NCBI GenBank assembly: GCA_024704765.1
Contig: JAKMXF010000137.1
Coordinates: 1-32,960 of the forward strand
DNA: 32,960 nucleotides
Direction: 5' to 3'
From: Oopsacas minuta
Lineage: Eukaryota > Animalia > Porifera
The notes beneath the pieces were generated by a model, which saw only the letters and a list, made by a program, of their open reading frames with translations, did no database searches and was not told the DNA's origin. Numbering within the stretch: position 1 is the first letter of the stretch; the number at the start of each line of letters is the position of its first letter. The translations under genes and the position numbers were made by a program. Below, piece by piece: positions 1-10,547 of the stretch.

Positions 1-937
1 GATTAATTTCAAATAGTTACCTATGAATTTATCACAGCTTGTGTACATGAAACGCTCTAAGGAGGAGTGAAATATGATTAAACATATGATAAACATGATT
101 ATGTGTATATTCCAAGCATTCCATTACCTACCTGTGGGTGTCACCCTTTGAGTGCTCTTGTATTCTTATGATATATGGTCGATTAGACGTTGCTTAACGC
201 AAATTCCATAAATTGACAACCTTCCCCGTGTCACGCTTATTCATCTTATTGTAATACAAAAGGAATGAAGCTGTGATTAATATTTACTGTATTTCACCTA
301 TCTTTACTCTTTGATATATATTTAACATGCTTACATGTATATTCCAGTAACATTTGTTTATTTCCGCGGAATAATTAATTAAAAGATTTTGTGGTACAAC
401 TATAGAATTGCACCCTTCGAACTTTTCACCCGAAATGTAAAACACATACTGATTCTATTTACTATCTGTAGCCATAGCAATGTCCCTACTAACATCATTG
501 CATAGTGACTTACATTATTGAGAATCCTGAACAGGAATGTAAACTACAAATTAACAAGCAATCATAATTATTGTCACTACTGCAGAACAATGCTGTCAAT
601 TTTCAGAACGTAAGAGTGCCAAATGAAGCTGACTAGTTCATGATTAGTATTGTAATTCTAATAACTTTAGTATATAATGTTGTTTGTAACACTGCAACAA
701 CTTGCAGCCTGTTAACTATTTACAGAAGTCATATTATCCTACTATTACCATTTTGTATTGACGTCATCTGTTTGGTTAGAAGGGCAATATGTTGTTGAAA
801 ATGCACCATTTTTAAACCTCTGATAAACGATCACTAATGCTTCTTCGATTCCAGAATTAATATCAAGTGATCTTAGGATGTTTATACATATATTATATAA
901 TTTTTGTAATTATAAATTGTCACGTAACTGAGTTATA

Positions 938-1530
938 TTAGATACCATGGATGCCACTTATTTGGTAAAATCCCTTAATAACACGATAGTCGCTAGAGTT
1001 ATTCTCAAATAAGTCCAACCAATATGTGCTATATACCCAACTTCCCATAACCTTGTAATACATTTTCATACGACCAAGTACTTTTTGCCATCTGTAGGCA
1101 GCTGGCTCCAATTTCACCACTCAGATCTCTATCTTAGCTGGATTGTAGAGAAGATTCAATTTCTTATTGTTTGAGTAATAGAAGCATTTCAATTTTTCAT
1201 TCTCTTTCCAGGTGTTATCAGAATTTGACAAAGATTCATAAATTTCTCTCATTTGTTATTTCAATTCATTTTCTTCCAAAATTCAAAGATTTCTTCAGAA
1301 CAGTTTTCATGTCTTGTTCGTGTCCATAAAGTTCCCTCAAATACATCAAAGATGTGAAGAGATTGTTCCCACAATTGACACAATATAAACTCAGTCAAAT
1401 CAACTACATTTCTACTATCAAATCTTAACATAGCAACCTTTGTTGCAACACCAACCATCCCAATTGGGGCAGGACCAAGTTGTGCTATTCTTTGAAGCTT
1501 AAGTAGCGTCGTAATTACCATTTCAACCAT
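938..1530 (-). pseudogene. Degraded ORF of unrecognised family
   Basis: ORF 1261-1530 continues, after a 1-nt frame change near 1270, into the frame of ORF 938-1120 with two in-frame stops (...EIFEFW/ENELK*QMREIYESLSNSDNTWKENEKLKCFYY...KIEI*VVKLEP...). It reads like protein, but I recognise no family. Confidence 0.3.
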
Positions 1531-1715
1531 CTAACCAAGACAAAAATGCTCTGAATAAGCAAGCTTCAGGCTGTGTACATGCACTTAGCTTAGAGTTGCG
1601 ATCGGAGTGGAAATTGAAATTCCGCAAGCCCCGGCATGGTTCAATAAAACAAATATTATAACACTGCTTATATAAATATATTGAAATCCGTATATAACTA
1701 ATATTTATACAAACA

Positions 1716-2634
1716 TTATGCAAACTCAAAGAATACTCTTCTGTTGTTAGTTTATCTAATTTATTGAAAATGGTATATGCACTGTTTATCCAATACTCAT
1801 CTCCTACTTCAAGCTGTTTATCCTCATTAACAGATTTTATATTAAACTTACTGTTATCAGCTAAATTAACATTGTAGAAGTGTATGTATGTTATAGTACA
1901 TGAGTTTATTACGTCATCATTATCTCTCTTCAATCTCCTTACATAATACTTAGCACCATACTCTGTGGATGGATGCCAAGAATCCTGTCTTGTAACCACA
2001 TGCATTCTGAGTTTACATTGTCCCAGATAGAAGATTGGTCCATAAACGGTTTCATCTTCTCGATACCCGTGTGTCCATTCTATTCCTTGTAGTGTCTTAC
2101 CTCTATTTGCTATGAATTCAGTAATATACCCAGCTGTAGACATTAGAGACTGTATAGACAGTTCATGTGACAGTATAGACTGTATGGTTGACTGTATAGA
2201 CTGTTTATTTGACTGTATAGACTGTTCATGTGACTGTATAGACTGTACATGTGACTGTATAGACTGTTTATTTGACTGTATAGACTGTTTATTTGACTGT
2301 ATAGACTGTTCATGTGACTGTATAGACTGTTCGTTTTGGTGTATCCTATCTCTCTCCATAAGTATGAGAGGGATTAGAATAGCTATACCCGTGATAACTA
2401 GTGCTAACAAGATCCATATACTCCAGTTATTATTTATATCACTTCTATACAAATCGGTTTGTTTGTTTGTTGTTTCAAATTCCTTCTTATTCATTTTGTC
2501 ATTTAGCTGTTTGTTCTCAGTTCTCAGCTGTTCGTTACCAATTCTCAGCTGATTCAATTCATGTAGCAATAATTTCTGGTGACTAATCATATTCTGAGTT
2601 ATATGTGTGTCCAGGTCCTTTCTAGCTATTTCAA
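1716..2634 (-). pseudogene. TRAF-like paralog 1 (coiled coil, TM helix, heptad stalk, MATH-like domain); 5' part missing, frameshift near the 3' end
   Basis: Near-identical to 7941-8734. Homology stops at the N at 2635, followed by a Tigger-like MITE end. A 1-bp deletion at 1740/1741 relative to paralog 2 removes the TVRVFFEFA* ending (homologous stop at 1716-1718) and extends the ORF to 1523. It may be a real gene broken by assembly or a sequencing error. Confidence 0.7.
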
Positions 2635-2635
2635 N

Positions 2636-2869
2636 TGAATTGTCCAGAAATTGTTTTCGTTTTCGAACATCCAATAGTGATTCCTATTGTTAAGATTGGC
2701 CGTAATTCTGAGGTTAAAATAGGGTTTCGTTCTAAAAGTATGGCCGTAATTCGGAATAGCGGAGTTGCCGGAATTCTGAAATATACTAATGTCAATGCCT
2801 ATAGTATATTAAACTGGACTTTAAAAAGTGGCCGGTATATCGAGGTGGCCGTTAAGCGGGGTTCCACTG
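2636..2869 (-). mobile_element. pogo/Tigger-like MITE end, truncated at an N
   Basis: Ends ...GCGGGGTTCCACTG|TA, i.e. TA|CAGTGGAACCCCGC on the minus strand. The same terminal type occurs at 14730. Confidence 0.65.
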
Positions 2870-2899
2870 TATCATAGACAACGAATGATAACAAGCAAT

Positions 2900-2982
2900 T
2901 GTTCTACTTTCTGCTATTGCATAGAATCTTTCAACGAATTATTGCCTTGTACAGTGTTCTAATACTTTTGGCCGGGCAGTGT
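2900..2982. mobile_element. Tc1/mariner-like terminal fragment
   Basis: AATACTTTTGGCCGGGCAGTG|TA end plus TTCTACTTTCTGCTA; a homologous fragment lies at about 14445-14545. Confidence 0.5.
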
Positions 2983-3076
2983 ATGAATAATTCATGCGGC
3001 AGGTTCTGTTAACCCACCAAATTATTAATTCCCTCTCTTACTATATTTAGTGATTCTTTATACTCAATACTATTAT

Positions 3077-4743
3077 ATGAATATATTTGAAATATGTCGG
3101 ACATACGAGGCTAAACCTCAGTCTCCAGTGATCTCATCCTTTTCAGCTTCTCACTTCTACAGAGAGCACTTCAGAGCAGTATTCATTGAACAACATGTGG
3201 AATATTCTCACGAGTTATCTGATGATATTATATTCTATATAACAGCTGGACACGGAGGACCAACACTCACAGTAGCTAGGAGAGAGTCTGTGTCTCCAAT
3301 GACTGACCTTGAGCTTGACTGGCAGGCTACTTTCTATGCTAATCTGGTGCTACATACACTGGAGTATACTATGATTTGTGCTGTCGGGTGTACTAATGAT
3401 AAAAATGTTTTCAAGTTGGTTAGCATATTGTACTTAATACAGTAGAGTCTCCGAATAACTGACGCGTTGGGAGCATCTCTTCTGTCCGTTGTAGAGGGAT
3501 TGTCTGCTTCCCGAAGTGTCCGTTTTGGGAGACTCCACTTGTCTTATACTTAGTTGAGAAGTATGGAATAATTCATTTCATACTTCTCAACCTGAAATGG
3601 CGGGACATCACGGGACGTAGCAATAAGGTTTTTAACATTTCTATGTGCATATTTTCACACCTTTTGATACTTTTGTATTTTAACCTAATCAGATTGTAGG
3701 GGAGTGTTTGTAATTTAATTAGTACTGTAATGTATTTGTATTGATGGAGACTGTAATTCTATTGGTCAATCCATTCTATTAAATATATATACACTGATTT
3801 ATCATATGATTAATCATATTTTCACACCTTTGGTGAACATTAAAATTGTCATACTAATTAGCTTTCACCTGTTAAATAGGCTTAAACAAGGAAGTAGAAT
3901 TCTATTTTAATATTTTAAACTGTCTAACAAGATTATTATATTTCATTTTATCTTTCTTTGCTAAAATGAATATTTATTGAATAATATAATTTCAATAATC
4001 CACTGATATTAATTTGTATATTTAAGTCGGCGCAGACGATGATTTGAGTGTTTTGATCCCATGGGGGTTCACAACATATGCGTAGCCATGGGGTTGCCGG
4101 TAACCCCAGGGCTACTGTCACCAATCTCAAAGGTGAAATGCTAGCTACACCTGGTTCACTATAAGATACTCTTACTGTATTATCTTTCTCCTTTAGTCCT
4201 CTTCACAAATGCACGAAACGTGTCTATCCTAGTCCAAGCCAATCCCGTATGGACAAGAAAGGAAAATCAACAACTATTTGCTATCCACACATATACTTCT
4301 CAGTTGATGACTACGAACAAACATTCTCAGAGATACATGTAGGGCCTGACCACAGACTAGCAGTTGAGGTTATTGCTACTAACCAAAAGTTCGGAGTTAG
4401 TAAATCTGTATTCGCTGGTATGGTAGAGTATTCGTTGCTGAGGAATGCAGTAGATAGAGCTGTACATAGTAGGTCTACTCTATTCAAGAAACTGACAGCT
4501 ACTTTCCATGCAAGCCCTCCTTCTCCTTACGAGTTTGTTAGAATGAACGGACCTAAAGGTAAGGGACACGCAGAGGTGGCTATATCCGTAGAACCTGTTG
4601 CTGTCCTCCATTCTGCCATCACAGCCACTTCAGTGCCATCTAGCAAACTACCATTGACCTGTCATGTCACATATGTGGAGCTACATGTGGATAGCTTGGT
4701 ACAGGACATAATGCGAGGTAAGAAATCACCTATACTATCCTGA
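3077..4743 (+). CDS. KIAA0930: KIAA0930 / DUF2045 family protein, 2 exons, about 294 aa
   Basis: Exons 3077-3414 and 4197-4743 with a phase-2 GT-AG intron. Motifs DDIIFY, DWQATFYANL, VYPSPSQSRMDKKG, YPHIYFSVDDYEQTF, EFVRMNGPKGKGHAEVAIS and LTCHVTYVEL match the family. The start codon and exact donor are inferred. Confidence 0.88.
3440..3541. mobile_element. About 100-bp Tigger-like MITE in the KIAA0930 intron
   Basis: TA|CAGTAGAGTCTCC ... GGAGACTCCACTTG imperfect TIRs. Confidence 0.6.
3639..4003 (-). repeat. Interspersed repeat family B, inverted copy
   Basis: Reverse complement aligns by eye to 24693-25097 and 9901-10218. Confidence 0.8.
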
Positions 4744-4934
4744 TGGTATCACTTTATAAGCCCTGTGTATATTCCATTAAAGCTATGCAATCACTATGCT
4801 AAGCTCTGTATATTAGTATAGTGATAATCTCAATTAATTGTCTGTATAATTCTATATTGGTATTATTTATTTCATACAGTATTATTTGTATACCTGATAT
4901 TAATATTTATTATTGCCATAACTTACAGCTGTTA

Positions 4935-5104
4935 CCCTTTAACCATTGTTCTATCAGCTGGTAGATAATTAACCATGGATGGTTGTTTTTGTTTATCTGT
5001 TATGCCATTTTTAGTTACTCCTTGCTTGATTGGAGGTGTTTTTCATATAACATTAAATAAAGGGAAATTAACATCCATGGTTCATTATCTAACAACCATA
5101 GGGG
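4935..5104. mobile_element. Small foldback/MITE
   Basis: Inverted arms TAGATAATTAACCATGGATG / CATCCATGGTTCATTATCTA. Confidence 0.45.
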
Positions 5105-5125
5105 CAAAGCATTAGCGTTCCTCAT

Positions 5126-5392
5126 GTTGCCATGCACTTCAATATAATTATACCGGTTATAAGAACATTCTTAGAATAGTAGTTAATTGGTTTTATTACT
5201 GGTATGTTTGTATAATCAGCATTAATAATACAGTAAATATTAAAACCGTTTCTCTAATATGGTTCTTACATCCAAATGTGTTTAAGTGAAGTGTTCTCAT
5301 AACCGACACCCACTATATACTACATACCGGTAATGAGAACATGTCAGATTATGTCCAGTCCTCAACGGTGTTCTTATAACCGGTTTACACTG
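5126..5392 (-). mobile_element. Tigger-like MITE family A
   Basis: Near-identical inverted copy at 25244-25509. Ends GGTTTACACTG|TA. Contains repeated ACCGGTTATAAGAAC motifs, also seen at 11161-11502. Confidence 0.8.
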
Positions 5393-5659
5393 TACTTCTA
5401 TTTAAGCGGGTATTTCTATATAACAGGAGTTGACTATATGACCATACAGTCAACATCCGGTAACCCGAACCCCGAAGGAAATCAAAATCCGTTCAAGATA
5501 ACGAATGTTCGAGTTATAAACGGATGGCCTCTATGTCTCAATGTCTCCTGCACGTGACTGTTTGAGATATTTACTGCTTATTCAGTTTCTGTGTTCTATA
5601 CAGCAAACATCCGAGATAAGGAATATTGACTATATTTGAATCTCCCATTAACTCTAGTG

Positions 5660-7375
5660 ATGGATATAATATTTCCTCCCTCAAACGTGGTGGCATACTT
5701 CAAAAAGCAAGTACTCCTCCCTCACATATGGACGGGTAAGGATCTACAACTTGAATTAACACCTCTACAAAAAGCATGTGTAACTCTACAACACAATAAA
5801 GTAGTAAAACTCCTTGATAAGAGACATACACAGCTGAACTCAGGATTTGATTCATCAGATATTGAGTACCCTGGTGCTGGCTTAACACCATTGGAATGTT
5901 GTCTGAAGGAGAATGCTTGTGTATTATTGAGTAATTATAATCCTACAAAGAAGACTTATCGCTATCACATTAATAATTATATTTCAAGACGTAAGGTTAA
6001 ATCTAGGAAGAATATACTGACAGCTCTACTCAAGGCACGTATGCATATTCAGCCGGGATGGAGTGCTCACAGCCCGTTGGAGATTCCTTGGAGTATTCTA
6101 GATAAGGACGAGACACAAGCGGTGGTTGACTTTGTGGATCTGTCCACAGGACAAGTTGCAGAGTCAATAGCACAGGGCTGGATAAACTGGCTTAAGAATA
6201 TCCATTATACGTCTACAGAAGCTTTCTTTCTTAACCATCTCAGTCCGTTCTACATAAGATACCCTCGCTGTTGTATGAGATATCAATTTAGAATGATGGC
6301 AGCCGGGGTGAAGCATGGAGGGAAACTACAAATGTTCGGTAATACAGGCCAACTACTTGTCACCCTGCTAGACAATGCCCTCGTATTCCAAGCCATGCTA
6401 TCATGTTATCATTGTGTAAATGGGACTAATGTACACGTGCCTGATTTTGATTGGATAAGCCAGAACCTGACAAACATTCTTGAGACTGATTTCTACAAAT
6501 GGAAATCAATATACAGGGCTATGCGTGGATACATGGATCTCCTGCTATCTGAGAGTGTAGTAGAATTTGATAATAACCTAATAGAGCATAACCCTAGGCA
6601 GCTACCAGGTTATGTACTCACTCGATTCAGAGTTGTAGCGAGAGGGTTAGTTTGCATGGATAGAGAGGAGAATAGACATATAGGGAAGCTTCTAGACTTA
6701 ACTATTCAAGTTATTTATCGTGTAATTAACGTGTTTCGTGTCAAAGGGGTTGATGAAGATCTGGAGAAGTTAGTTTGCTGTATTATCAGCGCTCTGACAT
6801 CATTTAGGATAGAATTATTGGAGCCAAATAATGGTGAAAAGATCCGTAATTGTGTCAGAAAACTGTTTGGAATAGTACAATTGAATGATCACATTCCATT
6901 CGTCATAATGCGTCAAGCTGTTGCTAACATACCAGTTGATATCCTAGAGATATATATTCCTATCATATTTAACTTCCTGTCTGATCTTGACATAAACCTT
7001 AATATGAGATCCAGAATAAATAATGAAAATCTACTACTCACTTCTATTTCAAATCATACTTTCACTTTCCTGCTGATTGACCTATTGTTGGAACTGAAAG
7101 TATACCCTTTTACAGTGAATAACTCGGGTCTTTGTTTTGCCAGTCATATAGATGAATTTTTCGTCAGGAATTTGGGGACCTTATTTGAAGAAGATCTTGA
7201 TTCACTTGAATTTCTGAAATCAGATTTTCCGATTCTCAAAAAGCCTTACAGTTTGAAAATATTATCTGCTCAGGCTTCGGGGCAAGCTATTGAGAAATTC
7301 CCTAAATTAGCAGATTGTATTTCTCCTCAAAAACAGCTGTTTGATTACGTAAAACTTCATATCAAAATTCCATAG
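5660..7375 (+). CDS. Divergent FEM1-like ankyrin-repeat protein, putative Cullin-RING substrate receptor, intronless, 571 aa from the ATG
   Basis: Long ORF. Ankyrin-like LTPLQKAC...VVKLLDK near the N-terminus, LLIDLLLELKVYPFTVNNSG near the C-terminus, FYIRY, and a terminal SLKILSAQA...LFDYVKLH resembling the FEM1 ending (LQCLAAR...FVxLH). Coding status is confident; the family call is moderate. Confidence 0.65.
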   Translation: MDIIFPPSNVVAYFKKQVLLPHIWTGKDLQLELTPLQKACVTLQHNKVVKLLDKRHTQLNSGFDSSDIEYPGAGLTPLECCLKENACVLLSNYNPTKKTYRYHINNYISRRKVKSRKNILTALLKARMHIQPGWSAHSPLEIPWSILDKDETQAVVDFVDLSTGQVAESIAQGWINWLKNIHYTSTEAFFLNHLSPFYIRYPRCCMRYQFRMMAAGVKHGGKLQMFGNTGQLLVTLLDNALVFQAMLSCYHCVNGTNVHVPDFDWISQNLTNILETDFYKWKSIYRAMRGYMDLLLSESVVEFDNNLIEHNPRQLPGYVLTRFRVVARGLVCMDREENRHIGKLLDLTIQVIYRVINVFRVKGVDEDLEKLVCCIISALTSFRIELLEPNNGEKIRNCVRKLFGIVQLNDHIPFVIMRQAVANIPVDILEIYIPIIFNFLSDLDINLNMRSRINNENLLLTSISNHTFTFLLIDLLLELKVYPFTVNNSGLCFASHIDEFFVRNLGTLFEEDLDSLEFLKSDFPILKKPYSLKILSAQASGQAIEKFPKLADCISPQKQLFDYVKLHIKIP

Positions 7376-7627
7376 TATCATCCCTTACTTCACTGTAGCA
7401 CACTTTATCACTGATTATCATATTTGTAGTTTGAACTTTGATATATTTGACTTTATTTTCAGTTAATTATATAAGCCGAATTATGTTATACTAAGAACAT
7501 GCTTGTTCTATTTTCACACCTATTAATATTAGTGACGGTACCAGAGAGGCAGGGTATAGGGAGTCTAAGGGGATAGCTATAGGCCTGTTTCGTGCTAGAT
7601 TGAGTTAACTGTATTAGTGAACCATGG

Positions 7628-7644
7628 ATATATATATATATATA
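7628..7644. repeat. (TA)n microsatellite
   Basis: Direct reading of the sequence. Confidence 0.8.
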
Positions 7645-7940
7645 ACTACCTTACCAGATTGGGTCGTTTGCCATGTTCCCTCTAACTTTTGGGTGTCCGT
7701 ATGGTATTGACAAAATTGATAAATTCGGGAGAATATACTGGCTGTATGCCGTCCTTAGAGAGAGCATTGATCATTTGTATTGTTGCTATAAATATTACTT
7801 TCATTTGAGTCTTTGAGTTAGATTTTGATTTTTCAGAGTTGCCATCGCACGTCCCGGCATCGTTTCAACAAAACAAATATTATAACACTGCTGATATATA
7901 CAATATTGAAATTCATATATAACTAATATTTATACAAAAA

Positions 7941-9050
7941 TTATGCAAACTCAAAGAATATTCTTACTGTTGCTAGTTTATCTAATTTATTCCATAAATG
8001 ATATTCCCTGCTTATCCAATCCTCATCTCCTACTTCAAGCTGTTTATCCTTATCTTCAGAAAACATGTTAAACTTACTGTTATCAGCTAAATTAACATTG
8101 TAGAAGTGTATGTATGTTATAGTACATGAGTTTATTACGTCATCATTATCTCCCTTCAATCTCCTTACATAATACTTAGCACCATACTCTGTGGATGGAT
8201 GCCAAGAATCCTGTCTTGTAACCACATGCATTCTGAGTTTACATTGTCCCAGATAGAAGATTGGTCCATAAACGGTTTCATCTTCTCGATACCCGTGTGT
8301 CCATTCTATTCCTTGTAGTGTCTTACCTCTATCTGATATGAATTCAGTAATATACCCAGCTGTAGACATTAGAGACTGTATAGACTGTTCATATGTCTGT
8401 ATAGACTGTATGGATGACTGTATAGACTGTTCATGTGACTGTATAGATAGTTCGTTCCGTTGTATCTTATCTCTCTCCATAAGTATGAGAGGGATTAGAA
8501 TAGCTATACCCGTGATAACTAGTGCTAACAAAATCCATATACTTCTATACAAATCGGTTTGTTTGTTTGTTGTTTCAAATTCCTTCTTATTCATTTTGTC
8601 ATTTAGCTGTTTGTTCTCAGTTCTCAGCTGTTCGTTACCAATTCTCAGCTGATTCAATTCATGTAGCAATAATTTCTGGTGACTAATCATATTCTGAGTT
8701 ATATGTGTGTTCAGGTCCTTTCTAGCTATTTCAATTGTCTCACAACCTACTTCCATATAAGGACATGTAACAACACCATCTGGATTGTCCAGACAAATTC
8801 TAGCGTGTTCGTTTGTTCTGTTAGCTTGTACTTCTTTTCTACAGTACTCGCACATTTGATTTCGGAAGGGACACTTTTTCTGGTGGTCCAATGTGTCACA
8901 TTTTTGTAACACCTCTCCACATCCTTTCTCACATTTTATTTTCACTTTATCACAACCATTCATGTGTTCCTCAATATTCTCCAGCTTTCCTGACCAATCA
9001 CAACCTCGTATTGATAGAGGACATCTGCATTCCAGTTCCCTTACGACCCC
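7941..9050 (-). CDS. TRAF-like paralog 2: TRAF zinc fingers, coiled coil, TM helix, heptad stalk, MATH-like domain; 5'-partial
   Basis: The frame stays open up to the gap: GVVRELECRCPLSIRGCDWSGKLENIEEHMNGC, then KCEKGCG...HQKKCPFRNQMCEYC...HARIC...CPYMEVGC...HITQN (TRAF-type Zn fingers). TM IWILLALVITGIAILIPLILM at 8478-8540. MATH-like EWTHG...VYGPIFYLGQCKLRMHV...VRIFFEFA. A RING domain would lie in the N gap. Confidence 0.85.
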   Translation of the reverse strand, partial: GVVRELECRCPLSIRGCDWSGKLENIEEHMNGCDKVKIKCEKGCGEVLQKCDTLDHQKKCPFRNQMCEYCRKEVQANRTNEHARICLDNPDGVVTCPYMEVGCETIEIARKDLNTHITQNMISHQKLLLHELNQLRIGNEQLRTENKQLNDKMNKKEFETTNKQTDLYRSIWILLALVITGIAILIPLILMERDKIQRNELSIQSHEQSIQSSIQSIQTYEQSIQSLMSTAGYITEFISDRGKTLQGIEWTHGYREDETVYGPIFYLGQCKLRMHVVTRQDSWHPSTEYGAKYYVRRLKGDNDDVINSCTITYIHFYNVNLADNSKFNMFSEDKDKQLEVGDEDWISREYHLWNKLDKLATVRIFFEFA

Positions 9051-9647
9051 NNNNNNNNNNNNNNNNNNNNNNNNNNNNNNNNNNNNNNNNNNNNNNNNNN
9101 NNNNNNNNNNNNNNNNNNNNNNNNNNNNNNNNNNNNNNNNNNNNNNNNNNNNNNNNNNNNNNNNNNNNNNNNNNNNNNNNNNNNNNNNNNNNNNNNNNNN
9201 NNNNNNNNNNNNNNNNNNNNNNNNNNNNNNNNNNNNNNNNNNNNNNNNNNNNNNNNNNNNNNNNNNNNNNNNNNNNNNNNNNNNNNNNNNNNNNNNNNNN
9301 NNNNNNNNNNNNNNNNNNNNNNNNNNNNNNNNNNNNNNNNNNNNNNNNNNNNNNNNNNNNNNNNNNNNNNNNNNNNNNNNNNNNNNNNNNNNNNNNNNNN
9401 NNNNNNNNNNNNNNNNNNNNNNNNNNNNNNNNNNNNNNNNNNNNNNNNNNNNNNNNNNNNNNNNNNNNNNNNNNNNNNNNNNNNNNNNNNNNNNNNNNNN
9501 NNNNNNNNNNNNNNNNNNNNNNNNNNNNNNNNNNNNNNNNNNNNNNNNNNNNNNNNNNNNNNNNNNNNNNNNNNNNNNNNNNNNNNNNNNNNNNNNNNNN
9601 NNNNNNNNNNNNNNNNNNNNNNNNNNNNNNNNNNNNNNNNNNNNNNN
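9051..9647. other. Assembly gap (run of N)
   Basis: Direct reading of the sequence. Confidence 1.
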
Positions 9648-9900
9648 ATTGTACTGTTAAATATATGGTTTGACTTATTAAAATCTATTATGTTGACTTT
9701 TAATATTCTAATATTAAATAAATCAGGCCGGGTGTGGTAAATCATTTAATCTGATGATTCATAATTAACTAGGAGGCAGTAGAATCACACCTATAGATAA
9801 TACATTATACTTTGAAAGTCGATGGTAATGACAATCCATGGTCCAAAATTTCAATAGAGTGCCATTGCCTTAGTATATAGAATGCTATGATTGAAGCTAT

Positions 9901-10218
9901 ATTATTCTACTAAATATTCATTTTAGCAAAGAAAAAATTGAATTTTACTAATCTTGTTAGATATTCAAAAGTGTTAAAATTGAATTTTACTTCCCTGTTT
10001 GCCCCTATTATCAAGTGGAAGCTAATCTCAAGGATAATTTGAAATGTTCACCCAAAGATGCCGAAATATGAATAATCATATGATAAATCAGTGTATATAT
10101 ATTTAATAGAATGTATTGACCAATAGAATTGCACTCTACGGTCAATACAAATACAATACAGTCCTAATTAAGTTACAAACAATCCACCAGAACTAATTTT
10201 ATGCATTAATGCCTAATT
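9901..10218 (+). repeat. Interspersed repeat family B
   Basis: Direct repeat of 24711-25029. The adjacent 9812-9895 has an inverted match at about 28730-28810. Confidence 0.8.
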
Positions 10219-10228
10219 ATGATCCATG

Positions 10229-10439
10229 CCCAACTTTCCATAACATGATAATACATTATGGTATGATATCTTGTACCATTATGACGTAATCCTGAATATG
10301 CCCAATTAAGGTCATTTTCAAGATTCCGCATTAATCTTCAGAGATCTAGAAAATGACCATAATTGGGCATATTCAGGATTACGTCACAATGGTACAAGAT
10401 ATCATATCAATATGTATTATCATGGTATGGGAAGTTGGG
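10229..10439. repeat. Long near-perfect palindrome (about 91-bp arms, 29-nt loop), probable foldback MITE
   Basis: 10229-10319 is the reverse complement of 10349-10439 with few mismatches. Confidence 0.85.
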
Positions 10440-10547
10440 GATGTATTATACTTTGGCTATCTTGATAAGACTATAACTGTAACGCTTATCGAGTTATAAG
10501 TGAATATTGACATATAAGTACAATCGATGGTTTCAGCTGTAACTCAA

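Noticed and set aside
2112-2552. Cys/Asp-rich plus-strand ORFs (DCIDC repeats; also 8338-8652) resembling metallothionein
   Set aside because: They are antisense shadows of the 21-bp heptad repeat and TM of the TRAF-like genes. The shared start and stop follow from paralog identity and 21-bp indels.
3948-4130. 60-aa minus-strand ORF inside the KIAA0930 intron
   Set aside because: It partly overlaps repeat family B and shows no recognisable similarity.
8891-9745. Long ORFs spanning the N run
   Set aside because: Artefacts of the assembly gap.
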